This document shows, in pieces, positions 1 to 13,507 of a DNA stretch of 64,000 nucleotides. The stretch comes from Fimbriosthenelais zetlandica (lineage: Eukaryota). Location: the NCBI GenBank assembly GCA_977030845.1, contig OZ365114.1:18352001-18416000 (forward strand). The letters are read 5' to 3'. The notes beneath the pieces were generated by a model. That model was not told the origin of the DNA. It ran no database searches and was given only the letters and a program-made list of their open reading frames with translations. Each line of letters opens with the position of its first letter. Position 1 is the stretch's first letter. Made by a program: the position numbers and the translations under genes.

Positions 1-1336
1 ACATCTCATTAGCATAGAAAAATACTTCAAACCCCACTTCTACACTTCTACTTCCTCAAAACTAAATGTTCATGATCAGATTATATGAGTTCCGTCTACA
101 CATGACAGGATAGTTACACACAACTTAAAATACATGATTTTCAAGCGGCTGAACAAGCTCTAATCAATGGCAGAGGCTTGGAAGGCATCTTCAAAAACAC
201 TTCATGACTTAAGTTGACATCCAAGGTATATTGACATGACAGTTAAGGACCAATGATACCTGTAAAACCTAACATCTCTGAAGACTTGATTTTCGCACTA
301 TTTCCGTCTCTTTTTCAAAGGCCACATGTCACCCAAAGATTGAATTGAATATTGATATAATATATTGACATAATGAGTAAAATATTCAAGTGTATAGTAG
401 GTTATAGTTCATATGAAACCCTACGCTTAACGTCTATTGCTTTCTAGGTTCAAATACACATAATAGAATTCTTAACAGACACATTCTTCAACAATATGGA
501 AGAAATATATAAGCCAAAGACAGATTCTAGTGGCCACTTTTGAATGGGACTTTTGCTGTAAAATTTTCCAATGCCACATCAACATATTTCTACTATAGTT
601 CACATTGGCTAACTATTTCACATAACCAGAAAGCTATAACTGAGATTTCCACAAGCATGTATACACATAGCAAATGTATTAAAATATTATGCCAGCAATC
701 TCATAGATGCATGAACACAAAAATAATCTTTCTCCTTCAAATATTTTTCCTTCTAAAAGCATAATCCTGAAAATGGACTTGCAAGATGGATATTTTGCTT
801 TCAAAATGTAAAATTGCAATTCATACAATCGCATTTGTACGCATAATGAAAACGTCCATTATTTCATAACCGTCCCAAAAGTTACAGTGTATAATTAAAA
901 CCACTGGCAAACAATCTCAATGCTGCCAAACCCTCATAAGTAATTTGACAGCGGAACTCAATGCAGTATAGAGCACTGCCAAACGGCCAGAATCAGGGTA
1001 TGACCTTACACATCCCTCAGGTCCATATTGATCTCTCTCACCTTTCATAACACCTAAAGGCTCAGTCTATATACTATATGCCTTGTTTGCCTCATTATTG
1101 GAATCAGGACCATTTAGTCCTGCTGCAGCATCTTGTCTCAATCGCAAGAATGCAAAGTTGTTTAATGTACATGAATTAGCTACAATGTTAGTCCATGAGT
1201 TTACTCGTTCCTAATTTTGGCTGTTCATTTTGAACACCTCGAAATTTTGAAGAGAAGTGCCAGAGTCAGGATCCTCCAGCAGGACTGTATGATGGGTTGG
1301 TACAGAATGCCGCGTGTATTGATGATGTTGGGAAGT

Positions 1337-4300
1337 TTAAAGCATCGTCAGGTCGTGTGTAGTGGTGACTTCCACCAGCACCCGTCCAGGCCGCTTCTCT
1401 GGGTTGTTCTTGTCTTTGCTGACCAGGTCCGTCTCAATCCGCTTACCGTCGCACTCTTCTGTCGCGGAGATGATCGCGCGGCCAAGGAAATCATCACGGA
1501 GAGGGTTGCTGTTCCAGAACTGGTGAATAAAATAAATGAAGTGATTAATTATAAATATAACTGATTAATTTAGTATGCCACCTCACTGGTGAGGGTTCAG
1601 CGTGCCACCTCACTGGTGTGGGTTCAGCATGCCACATACGGATTTTGCGTGCCACCTCATTAATGGGCAACAAAGACAGTCAAACATTCCTAAAGGCATA
1701 ATTATCAGTCTAAATGATTCCTTGGAACAGAAGATATAATGTAAAGTCTTACATCGATCCTGACGGGTTTGCCCATGGGGTTGGCGCGGTAGAAGATGGC
1801 AGTGACATTAAACTCAGGTGAAGTGGTGTCCTTTTGTGTGGCTGTGGTTACCTTCTGCCTCTCGGTATGAATTATAGCATACGGGTCAGCACCTAAAGAC
1901 AAAAATAAGGTATCATCTCGATTAGCCGGAATAATATAGTTCATAACCCTTACGGTAGTCTTTTACTTCAAATATGTACAAAGTTAGCAACAATAAACAT
2001 AACTGAACAAAATCTATAATTTATAATACTTGATTACTCCGAAAAACATTAGGTTTTTAATCAAAGGCAGAAACAAACAGAACTAAAGTTAATTCAAAAT
2101 AAAATGTCAATTCACATTAAAATGTCAACAACAAATGACATGACAGAACCAAAGACGACACATCCTGTTGATTAAATTTAGGAAAATTATGATATTCAAA
2201 AAGTTATTTTAGTTCTATTCTATAATACTGAGCCTAGTTATATATAATATAGAAAGCTCAGTGGAATTGACAGCTAATTCTATTCGGAAATTTATGGATA
2301 TGAGGATGGAAGATTCAGGCTATATTATAATCTAGTTTCATTTTCTTGGAAATGAGAAGCCAAAACGTTTTCTTGTACTGGTTATACAATTTCCTAGTTC
2401 AATTTCACCGGAAGGAAAAATAAAATATTTGTTGAAGCAAAAGCAGTAACAAGTAGGAGAAAAGCAAGAAAGAAGTATTTGACCTCGACAATGTGGAAAT
2501 ATGTATAACCCATGTACCATACGTTAAAATAAATTAGAGGTTGGTTCACCTCAAAATTCAGATCATGAATAGTTCTACCATTTTGTTTTACCTATAATTG
2601 CAAAGGAGGGTATTGGATTTCTCGTACAAAAAGCTGGATTCTCATATTGATAAGATACGCCAGAACAAAATGTCAGTCGTTTCTCACAGAGATTGTTAAA
2701 CAATCAGAGACAAAGAAAATACTTTTTTGAAAACAGAGAAGAGAAGACCAAACAAATGAATCCGGTTAAATGACTCGCTTTACCTGCTGTGAAAAACCGC
2801 ACTAAACGAAGGAAAAAAACAGATTCCTAGTAAAAATTAAGCAAGAAATTGGGACGTAAACTTTTGATAACAATTTGAACAGGCCCTAAAGCGCATTCAC
2901 AAAGATTTTCCTACTGCCTCGTGGTCAGTATATGAAATAGTACAGAAATATTCAACAGTTCAGGCACAATTCACGACTCGAAATCTCCACGATTTAAAAC
3001 ATATTCTCGGATTAAACACTACCTTTATACATCGCATACATTCCTTGATTCTAACATCGCTTCTTAATTATATTTAGAATTCCAGTTTTTTTACAGGAAG
3101 AACAAGAGACATGAAGGACAGGACAAACATACTGAAACATAATACCTTTGCGTTTAGTCACTGTGAATAGAACATATAATTGAACATGTAAATTGATTTT
3201 AAAACCCCATGTGGTTCCTTTCCATTAGTTAACACTGTACTCCATGTTAGAGCTAACAATGTGAATCTACTCGTTTCTAATAAGCAAGAAATGTTTTGCT
3301 ATCTATTTTCCAAAGGTCGACCTGCGTTTTGGTTAATAGAAAAACAAAGATGGGTATGTTAATAACAAACGCCCAGTGGGGGGTATTTAGCGAGTGAATT
3401 AAGTTCGAAAAATGTTTTGTTTTGCATTAATACCCTTCAGGGGAGAATTTATCGCAGAATGAGTTTTAATTAAATGAATTTTAAAAATTGATGGCACGAT
3501 CGATGAATGAAAACAATTATAATACAACTTAAAACATTAATGAAAGAACATTTTCAAATATTTCAATCGGAGGCAGAGGCTGCACTCGAATACCTAATAC
3601 CAGAATCAAGCCACTTTTTTCTGCTGATAGAAAGTCATCTTTTTTTAATTTTGTAAAATATTTTTCTGGTACAAGAAATAGATTTCAGCGTGCAAGCAGT
3701 GACCTCTGAATTTTCCAGATCATGCTCGATGGAAAATAGCACAGGATTCAAATTTGGCTGCCCTGAAGCAGATGACACATGTATAAATATTTGCATGAAT
3801 TGAAAGTGAAGAGGGGTGGCGGCTGCAGAATATTAAAACATAATATCCAAGTTGTTCCCTGGTAGTAGAGACCTCAGTATGCATACATACCTGACCCTCC
3901 TGTATATTATATAAAATATGGCTTAATTCATTGTGTACGAGACTAGCGACAAAATCAATGCAGTCCTATGGGAATATATCATATAGACCAATGAGTCTGA
4001 CTGAAATTGGAGGTATTTGCATTTAGCACGAAATAATTATTGCTATACTTAACATTTTAGTGATTTATAAGTCCCTTTTTTTTTCAGTCAGACTCATATT
4101 TGATATGAATTCCACGGTAAATACTGTGCTCAGAACATGACGAAAATACTATATGGCATATTTTTAGGTACAAGAAAAGCTATGATTACTAAACCGACGC
4201 TAACTTAGACTTAATTGTAAGCCGGGGACTTAAGATCTTGGAGCCTCAGTAGTTGGGATCATCTTCTCTATTTGCGTGGGACAGGGACCTTGTGGATCCA

Positions 4301-7300
4301 CCAGTATAGTGTCAGTGGGACTGGGTTTGGACAATGGCTCTGAGAACTAGGGACATTTTCGGACAATAAATTATTATTTTGGACAACTATCTTATAAAAG
4401 AATCATAATCATACTAAATCACAATAATTCAAATATTAAGCAGATACTCCTATACTTATAGCACGAGAAAGTATACCAAAATCAGCCAAAAATATGATTA
4501 GGTTTCAATAGTGTTTCAAAAGGCAATTGAACTATATACGTTGTGTATTATTAGTGTGACACCGTAGGCCTAGGCCTCTACATAAAATACAACACATTTA
4601 GCTATAGGTTCTGATGTACTTACACATTTTAATGCCTGAATTATTTAGGTTATTTAAATAAGACAATTTCAGTATCGCCCAATATAATGAAATTTTTGAA
4701 CTAATCAAATCGATACTGTATGACTGAAGGGGAGTAACTTCTAAAAATATATTTGTCTAAAGATGTTCTATTGTAAGAGTTGGGCTCCAATCATTTCTAT
4801 TTTATAGACCAATCATCGAAGTACATCTATAGATTATATAGATAATTTAAGTCGACAAAAGTGTGTGGAAAAATTACGAAGAATCCCTGTTTTTAAATAT
4901 GTTGAATTAAGCTTTACTGTTAGAAGTACAAATACCAATATATTTAAATAAATTCCCTATATTTAAAGAAATATATGTAAATGAACTCACCTCCAGAGAC
5001 ATCTTTGCGCTCCAGACCCACGGCTTTGATGAGCTTGATTCGGGTGAGGAGAGTTGGTGATTTGCACATGGCGAAACAACCACATAACTGGTTAAAGATG
5101 TTGGGTTCAGGTTTGTCAAGGAGCAGCTCCCTATAGGTAATAACAACCAGAAAATCTCAATGTCTAACTCGAGTAAAACATTTGACATTACTCATAGAAA
5201 TAAACAGTAAATTTCTGATGGAAACTTTAATGGGTAAGTCGATTTTCGATGAATGAATTAATAGTAAACTTGCTTAAACTTACTTTGCTGATGGGTTCAT
5301 GCCGCAGTAGACTCGCAGCAGGAACTGGCCGGTGTGACCGGGGTCAAAGGTGGTGGCCACCAGGCAGTAACGCCCCCTGGGGAATGTGTCACGGAGGATG
5401 ATGGAGCGGGAGTTCTTAAAGGTCGATGACTTGACCACCTCCTGCATCCTGTGTATTCTGTACTCTCTGTTATCCTCAACCTAAAGACGAAAAGTTTAAT
5501 TCTATCCATCAATTTATCGACATATGAGCCCTTATTAGATTTTATTTAGAATGCAATTCTAAGAAAGTTAAATTTAAAATGTCATATTTATAAATAGCCT
5601 TTTAAGACAGTGATGCCAATAGTAATCTCTCTACACATGAGTCCAATCACGTTTAGATGAAATTCTAAGAGAAAATACATTTAAAATGTTTAAAAATTTA
5701 GTAACTGACCTTCAAGATAGTGAATCCAATGGTAAGTCTCTTCTCATCGTCGGCTCGGCCTGATTTCTGTGTCAGACCAACCAGAACCTCATCCTCTTTC
5801 TGATCATCCACATCAAAGCGGAACTGTGAGAGAGAAAATATAATCTTATTAATTTAAGAATGAACTTTTAATTTTAAAGTGGCAAGGAACGCAACAGATG
5901 TAGCCATCTAATGATTTTGAGTTTAACATTTTAAGTACCATGGGATTTTGGAGGAAGGTTTCTCTATGGTTAATACAGCCCCCGGCCCGCTGGGCTGTCT
6001 TGGACCACTCTGAATGCATCTCATCCTCCCACCAGGTCTTCTGTAGACTGAAGAAGGAGGTGTTCATCACACGGCAGATAGACATGTTGGTAAAGTACTT
6101 ACAGTAGTCATCCATCGTCATCCTAGAATAAAACACAAACTATATAGCATGCCATATGGGTGGGGAACAATTATCAGGATTGTCAATCACAATTAGTATA
6201 CATCATTTCAGTGGTAGGAGTGGGTGGGTTCAACCCCAAGTCTGGGCCCGAAAGTTTGGTCATGCCTCACTGCTTCTGGCTGACCAGTGGGTAATAGTAG
6301 GAGGGTCCGAGGGGGTGGGCTCAAGTCCAAGTCTGGGTCTTAGCTTTTAATCCTGTGAAGGTTAGGTCACACCTCACTGATTTTGGCTGTGCAGTGTGCA
6401 GTGGAAGGTGGAGGGGCAGTCAGGTATGACGCGCTAATCGTGGGTTCAAGTCCTAGTCGGGACCTTAGCTTTTAACTCTGTGAAGCTTGGTCATGGCTAA
6501 GTGATTCTACCTAAACAGTGGGTAGTAGGGTAGGGGTGTGTGTAGGTGTGTGTGTGGGGGGTGGGGGGTGTGTTCAAGTCCAAGTATGGGCCTTAGCTTT
6601 CAACCCTGTATTGGTTTGGTCATGCCTCACTGCTTCTGCCTTACCATTGGGCAGTAGGATTTAGGGTTTGGTCACGCCTCACTGACGGTTTAGCCTTAGG
6701 GTTAGTGGAAGGGGGTTATGGTTAGCTTCTATGAAATGTGTGATCGTCTGGGTGGGTGTGTGGAGGGGAGGGGAGTAGAGGTGGTAGAGGAGGTGCCTAC
6801 ACATTGCCCACCTCTCTCTGATCAACAGTATCTAATACTGAGCTAAGCTTTGACTGGAGCAATGGAGAAAGCGTGCGTCACAACACATTCTGTGACGACC
6901 AAACTTTAAGGTCCCACAGTTTGGAGTAATAATTTAGGAAGTTTTAGATATACCTACCAAAACTCGCCATCGTCATCGAAAGTCAGACCAATTTTCTCTC
7001 GGTCGTTCTGGTCTATTTTCTCCCATTCAGGTGAACTGTAAACGAAGTGAAAACATTAATCATTTATTTTTGAATTTTTGGCTTGTGTTAATCCTTCACA
7101 AACTTTGTATTTTATGTAGCATTCAATGAAGAAAATCCCTGAACGTACCCATCAGAGAAGGCGCCCTTCCACTCGGTGCCTCCCCACGGATTCCGCAATC
7201 TTATCATAGAGAGTTTTTCTCGGTTGAACATGTTGAAAAGTCCCGAGCCTGCGATGGCGATCCGTTTGACAGCCGTGATACCATAGGCATGACCAATGAC

Positions 7301-9007
7301 CAGACCAATGTCTGTAGACTGCTCCATCTCATCTGAGGATTTGGCCTACAAAAGGAAAAATATTTCATTTACTGAAATCAATTTTCCTTCAGAATAAAGA
7401 CAGGTTTATTTAATATAAAATGAACGTACAGGGATAGCGGCTGCTTGTAGAGCGTTGTTTTTGTGCGCCTGTTTCATGACTTTGTAAAGCTCCTCCCGTT
7501 TGGCCTCGTCTTGAGCGTAGTTGCCCCCTACCAGGTCAATGGGTTCAGCTATACCTCCAGTGAAATCCTCCAGGGCTTCAGCTAGCTCTCCTCCATCCAG
7601 TACCTCATAACAACCAAACAACCTGAAAACACAGAGAAATATATTGAATGATCCTAAGTTTATCTTTAAAGAAATACATATATATCATTGATCCGTAGAC
7701 AAAATTTAATATATTACAGAGATTATATTATATTATCAGCTTCAAAGGCTGAAACAAATAAATGTTAAATGTACAAAACAGTTAAATGTAAAAGGGAAAT
7801 TTAATTAGTAAAATATATAAGTCTTAGGGATAAGCATACCACTATAGGTATTTTGGTAAAGTGCCATTTAAGTACAGAAGATATGTATTATTTAAGGATC
7901 AAACTTTGTAAGCACTTACTTAGCATAAGCCTTTTCCAGCAGGGCGCTCCAGAACTCGTTTTTTGTCTTGGAGTGGACATAGACAAGCTGGGTGCCACGG
8001 ACGGGCAGTCTGTCATCCACAACAATATCAATCCATTTACCATACCGCCAGAACTGGAAGTGGAAGATGCCGGCATAGTTCTCAGGGTGGTCATCACTCC
8101 ACTCCTGGTCATGATGATCAGGGATCACCTACAAAATCAAGAATTATACACTAAAAGAATTTAAAATAAAAAGGAAAAATCTTTCTCAAATATCCTTGAA
8201 TCATTTTAAGTGAAATTGGGAAAGGTTGTAAGCATAAAAAAGTATCTTTTTCTACCTTGTGCCAGATTTCTTTGTGTTGAGTGAGAGCCGAGCAGGAGGC
8301 GACGAACCAACAGTTACCCAGAGCACCCTGAGTGACATCACTAGAACTGGCTCCCTCCACAAACAACTGAGGGTTTGGGCAGATGTCCTAGAGAAAAACA
8401 AATACAAATTTATTTAATAATTCAACATCTACAGGATGACAAAATAATTAAAGCATTTTAAAAATTGTAAATTGTTTTTACATCCAGATTCATATTGGTA
8501 CATTGTAATTAATTTAATGGGAGGCTGATCCCATGGCTTCCTCAGACAGTATCCACTGTACATTTTACCTTTCATATTTTCAGTGTACTGGTCTACACTG
8601 TAGATGTATCTTGTCAAATATCCAACTTTTCCCCCAAATTTTCCCTTGAGAGGCAAATCATGGGAACTAGCATTGCTTTAGCAAAGTTTCATGTACTCAA
8701 ATATGATTTATGACCTTATGATTAAATATCATATTTATCATAATGTTTTCCACATATCTTTTAAGATATTTTAAGATATTGTAGAATTAATATTTTGACA
8801 GTTGTCATTATTTTAGTATCTCACCTTTGGTCTTTTCCACTCGATGCCTGCGAGGTCTCCGGAACCACCGGAGGTAAAGAGAGCTTTGGGTCCTGCAGGG
8901 AAGAGTGGATCCTCGAAAAGTTTGCCATCTGCCTGGGCCTGTTTCTTTAGCTTCTCATACTCCTGTCCCATATAGGGCTCAGGCGCACTGAACATCCCCA
9001 ACACCAT
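1337..9007 (-). CDS. CAPN5: Calpain-5 / tra-3-type calpain (CysPc + C2-like domain III + C-terminal C2 domain), 12 coding exons, 649 aa
   Basis: Exons, all GT-AG with consistent phase: 8825-9007, 8256-8387, 7920-8128, 7430-7622, 7149-7345, 6958-7035, 5939-6122, 5710-5823, 5284-5480, 4991-5130, 1753-1892, 1337-1519 (1950 nt incl. TAA). Catalytic Cys (QGALGNCW), His (GHAY) and Asn (RNPWG) are present. A C-terminal C2 domain (GADPYAII...[13 protein letters not shown]) instead of penta-EF-hand is diagnostic of the CAPN5/6 class. An acceptor 10 nt upstream of the ATG (AG at 9018-9019) implies a non-coding upstream exon. Confidence 0.95.
1576..1660. repeat. 27-bp minisatellite (2 full + 2 partial units) in the last calpain intron
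   Basis: tgccacctcactggtg(a/t)gggttcagc starts at 1576 and 1603; partial units at 1630 and 1650. Confidence 0.85.
6226..6690 (+). repeat. Degenerate G-rich tandem repeat (about 4.5 units, 90-130 bp) in calpain intron 6
   Basis: Recurring module ggttcaagtccaagt..ggg..ttagcttt..cctgtg..ttggtcatgcctcactg at about 6226, 6318, 6442, 6571, with a partial unit at about 6667. Confidence 0.75.
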
Positions 9008-10651
9008 CTTGCTTCAACTGAAAGCAAAACATTTAATATTTTTAAAGACAATCTAATACCATGCAATATTTTATACAGTCTTACTCATCCTCACCCATCA
9101 GTCTATCCCAGTGTGGGCAGATTCCCTGGTGAACAGATCCTCATATTTTCAAAATCATTCCATATTTTGATTACTACATCATTTCCTATACAAGGCAGGA
9201 AATATTAATTTTGAGCCAGGCAAGCCAATCATCATCCTGTCAATTCTAATAAAGATTGTATCAAACAGAACCACTCACTTTCCTCAATATCTCCCAGACC
9301 TATCCTCTCCTATCAGTGTGATAGGTTTATAATATTTAGACCTATATTTAACCCTCTATGATATATATGTCAGGTTATGTGCGTGGGCAGAGTAAGAGGG
9401 GAAAGAAGAACAAGACCAAGCGTACAGTATTGAGGCCAGTAATCATACCAGTGAATGTGAGTCATGTCAGGGCAAACGCCCGTGACTCCCTGCCTATAGC
9501 TACAATGAGAATGTTTTGATGTCTGGATCCTAGCCCACTCAGGGTTATGGTACTTTCAGATGAGGGAGTGCACGCACCATCTGATTCTGCATGTTGGAAT
9601 GTCAGAATGAGAGGATATATTTTTTTAATAGTGGTCAAGTATTAGTATTTATTACAGACAAAAAATCCCATACATCCTCTAAATTTCATCCCCACAATTT
9701 CGATGAAAACGCCATCTGCCAAGACACAAAAGAGATTATTAATGAATCAATTTCTTATTTGGTATTAAATAATGTAGAGAATCCCCCATCCCCAGTGGCA
9801 CAGATGATAGTTTACTTTCAAGATAATACAATACACAATGTCAATAGGGGTGGTATAATTATGATTACCATAGAAAATTTGCTCGCTATGAATTACAAAC
9901 TAAAGAAACTCTATATTGGGGGAGAATCTACATAATGACAGGAGCCTGGGGACAAGATCAGGGTAAATAGCAGAAATAAATATGGCAGAAGGGGGCGATG
10001 GAAGGGTTGGACATGACAGAAGCAGGAGGAGGGGGGCTGGGTGTGACAGAAGTAGGAAGGGCTGAGTGTGACAAGACAGGACTGGAGGTTGGGGGGTATT
10101 TAGATATACAGGAAATGTTTGGGGTGAGATTAATTAGGAGAAGTGCCAGATTAGATCTAGGTCTTTATGTACTTTACTCAAGATTGGCAAAGATACAAAA
10201 CCACTCGGGCTGAAGGAATGGGAAAGACGGATCCCAACCTAGATCAAGGTTTAGGCAGGGTTTAGTACCAAATCACCAGGGCTAAAAATAGTCATTAATT
10301 CAGACATATTACCCATAACCTCTTTCTAAAAATACCAAAATTATTGATAACCTGAATCCATATCGATAAATTGATCAAAAACAAATGAATAAAATGTTAA
10401 ATTTCATGACAAGCCCTTCAATCAGGTTCTGTCTATATTATGGTTATTTTAACAAATTTAGCCTACCTTATATATCAAAAGCTGAGATCAGGAAGGTAAA
10501 CAACTCCTATTTTTGTCTATAATGGCCTTCACTACAGACACATTTCCATAATACACCACTATTTGCCTGTGAGCTTCAACACTATTCCAGTCCTCAGGAG
10601 AGGATGAGTTTTTAGCTGGGAGAGTTTCTGTCCGATTCAGAGAGACTGGCG

Positions 10652-10665
10652 GTTGCTATGGTAAC
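10652..10665. promoter_or_regulatory. RFX X-box
   Basis: GTTGCTATGGTAAC matches the GTHNYY-AT-RRNAAC consensus; 1.6 kb upstream of the calpain ATG. Confidence 0.5.
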
Positions 10666-12759
10666 GAACTTGAGTTACCCTAGTTCAGATAACAGGCTGT
10701 TATCAACAGCTTCAACAGTTACACCCCAACATACATGTCTCCCAAATAACAATAACAGTGGGTCAATAATGCTAGCCATCTCAGAGGTGACAGAAATGCC
10801 CCGAGGCTTGCCAAGTGTCATAAATTTAGAGTGTGTAGAACAAGGACAGTAGGTAAATGCCCCAGGCTCTACCATAGATCAGTGCCCAATATACAAGAAT
10901 ACATTACTATGGAAAATACAGAGGAAGCTACTACTGACTACTCTAATCAGGTCATGAGATGATTGCATTGAATTATTCATAACAACAAGGTACAGTTCCC
11001 CCAATCAATTAACCTAAAATGCATGGAATGGCTTAAAGTAGTTGAGAATGACAAAATCTAACATTTATCTAATTATTTGGGTCACATTTGTGAATGATAT
11101 GTATAAGCTGGGCACTCAAGTGTAAATATAAGACAGGTGGAGGATTGACACAATGAGACATCTGCTTGATGGGTGCCACAAAGTTTGGACTTCCCCATGT
11201 GTGCTTGTGCCCATTCCACATAAAATAGAAAATGAGATCAGATGTTGGCGTTAATCCAAACAAGGCACACACGCACGGTATCCGTTAAGATAAATAAATA
11301 CTAAGATCATCTGGGTGGGGATATATCTGTATTATGTACCGGTATACCCAGCAGGGTCATTTGTAACTCTATACCAGTGAGCTGATTTAAAAAAAGACTT
11401 ATATCAGATTCATATTGATTCTGGAACTAAAGCCACCTTTGCATACCATGTATCATTTATATGGATCAATTGAGAATTAAATTAGCATAATACAATATAA
11501 TAGCTAGCCATATTGGAAATTTGTATATCTGTAAATTCAGTGTTTGCAAAAAAAATGCGGGCTTGAAATTAAAATCTAACAGTACATAGAGATGAGAGTG
11601 AGAGGTGGTGTATATGGTAATGGACCAACTGGCGCCACTGATCCCTCCTGGATCAATAAAGGCTATACATCACTTCTATCGCCATGGTAACTGTGGACAC
11701 GACCATTGTTATTACCATCAGCTGGTCTTGAATTATCCCTGACATACCAGCAGCTTTAAATCAGATTACAAGCTCCAGTGTATCATTTACAAAGGGTAGA
11801 CCAATTTAACAATATGGTATTAGAGCTTAATATTGATTTTAATTACTTTATGGTAAAGTAAATTTACCGGCGGTATCAGCTACTGGTATATGAGAATTAA
11901 CAGGTGTTAAATTTAAATAAAAGAGATGATTTATAACGTGGATATATGGTCTATATCTTTGGTTACAGTCAATTCCTCTGACATGGTGCATCTCTCATAC
12001 ATTGGTCTATAGGCGACCTTAATGTAGGTCACAACTTCAGGCAGACCTCTCAGATGCATCTAGGTCAGATTCCTCAGCATAGAAAAGACCAGGCCTGAGG
12101 TCAATACACTGCTTCTTTCAGTGACAGGTGAATGGCTTAAGCTAAACAAAAGCAATCCATGAATCCTGCTCTGGGGCTTTATTGTATGCGGGTCTTTAGT
12201 AAACACAGGGCAAAGGCCCCCTTCCCTTTTTCCTGGGTGGGGCATGGATGGGGGATGAGGCCAAAATCTTTTTGAAAATGTTAGTTTGTAAAGGTAATTC
12301 TTAGTATTAATGACTACAGAAAGAGGTCTAAATGGCTATACCATCAAAATGGCATTATGAATTTTTTCCTATAAAAGTAAAATAATTTAGGGGCCTAAAT
12401 AGGCCTATTAATTTTATCACACTTGCCTAGCCCTAGGGTTGGGAGCACATGTAATATAGACATGTAACAATATACTACGGTCAATGGTCATTGACCTGTT
12501 TATTCTGTACCATTAAGACATGACTCAGGTTTAAGTATGGTATGTAGCATCCTTAGGTGGGGAGGACACACAAATTGAGGTCACACTTCCCCCGGTAGGA
12601 TGCCAGACAAGGCACCCTCTCTCCCATGTCTGCTCGGCTCAGGCTGGGCTGGGACAGGGAGAGAGCCTCGGACTCAGAGATACATTCATGATTGAGTGTT
12701 CCTTGCTCTAATACCCGGCCCACGCTCGGAATAATATTATTATAAGAAACCTAAATCCT

Positions 12760-13360
12760 TACCTGGTACTATCCTACTAGAGAATACAAATGTTAATCCT
12801 TAGTAAGCTGTAAATCACTGATGAAGTGGATGCAACGAAACCCAGAAGCTGGGGGAACGGCCATACATGGAGAACATGTAAACATAGGCGTTCCGTTATG
12901 TAGTTATTTTCGTATTACCGATTTTTCAGATAATTATGCATCAATATCCGAGAATTGACAATACTATTCTGTTTTATAATAACAAAAATAATTTCGTATA
13001 TCTAGATTGTATAGTAAATACCATTGGAATAACAAATCCCTCGTTCGAGGATGTTTACGAAACTAATTATGAGAAGGTTCGCCAGGCGGGATTTTCAAAA
13101 TAAACAAGTGAACTTATTTTGCTGATGTTATTTTCGGATATTTGAAGAGAACCATTCGGAGAGAATTAACTCGACTATTCCAACTTTGAAAAGGTGAGAT
13201 TCCCATTCGTTTTATGCTGCTAAATGTTCCGATCCGATAGGTAACGGGGGAGAAATCGTGATTTTGCGAGCCAGCATTTTGACTTTGTATGCGCAGCCTA
13301 GGCCTAGGGCAGGCGCCGACGGGTGGCGCTGCAGTGCTCCCGCGCACTTTCCAGGCCAAT
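12760..13360. promoter_or_regulatory. Probable bidirectional promoter / first-exon region of calpain (-) and the repeat-protein gene (+)
   Basis: Locally CpG-rich. Minus-strand donor CCAG|GTAAG at about 12763; plus-strand donor AAAAG|GTGAGA at 13193/13194 and acceptor ttttccttttccag ending at 13480. The two genes are divergently oriented. Confidence 0.35.
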
Positions 13361-13507
13361 ACACAAGTTGTTCACCTCAAGTTTAGAATTTCATTCCTAG
13401 CATATATTCAAATGAACTTTCATATTGACCGATCTTAAGGTTAATGCCTTAAACTAAAAGAAAAAATTTTCCTTTTCCAGGCCCGGTGAGTGTGATGAAG
13501 TCGAATT

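Noticed and set aside
2280-2760. A-rich stretch in calpain intron 10 that looks like a decayed transposase
   Set aside because: Stops in all frames, no recognisable motif and no terminal repeats found.
1217-8164. ORF-track entries overlapping calpain exons in other frames or strands
   Set aside because: Explained by the spliced calpain model; no independent features.
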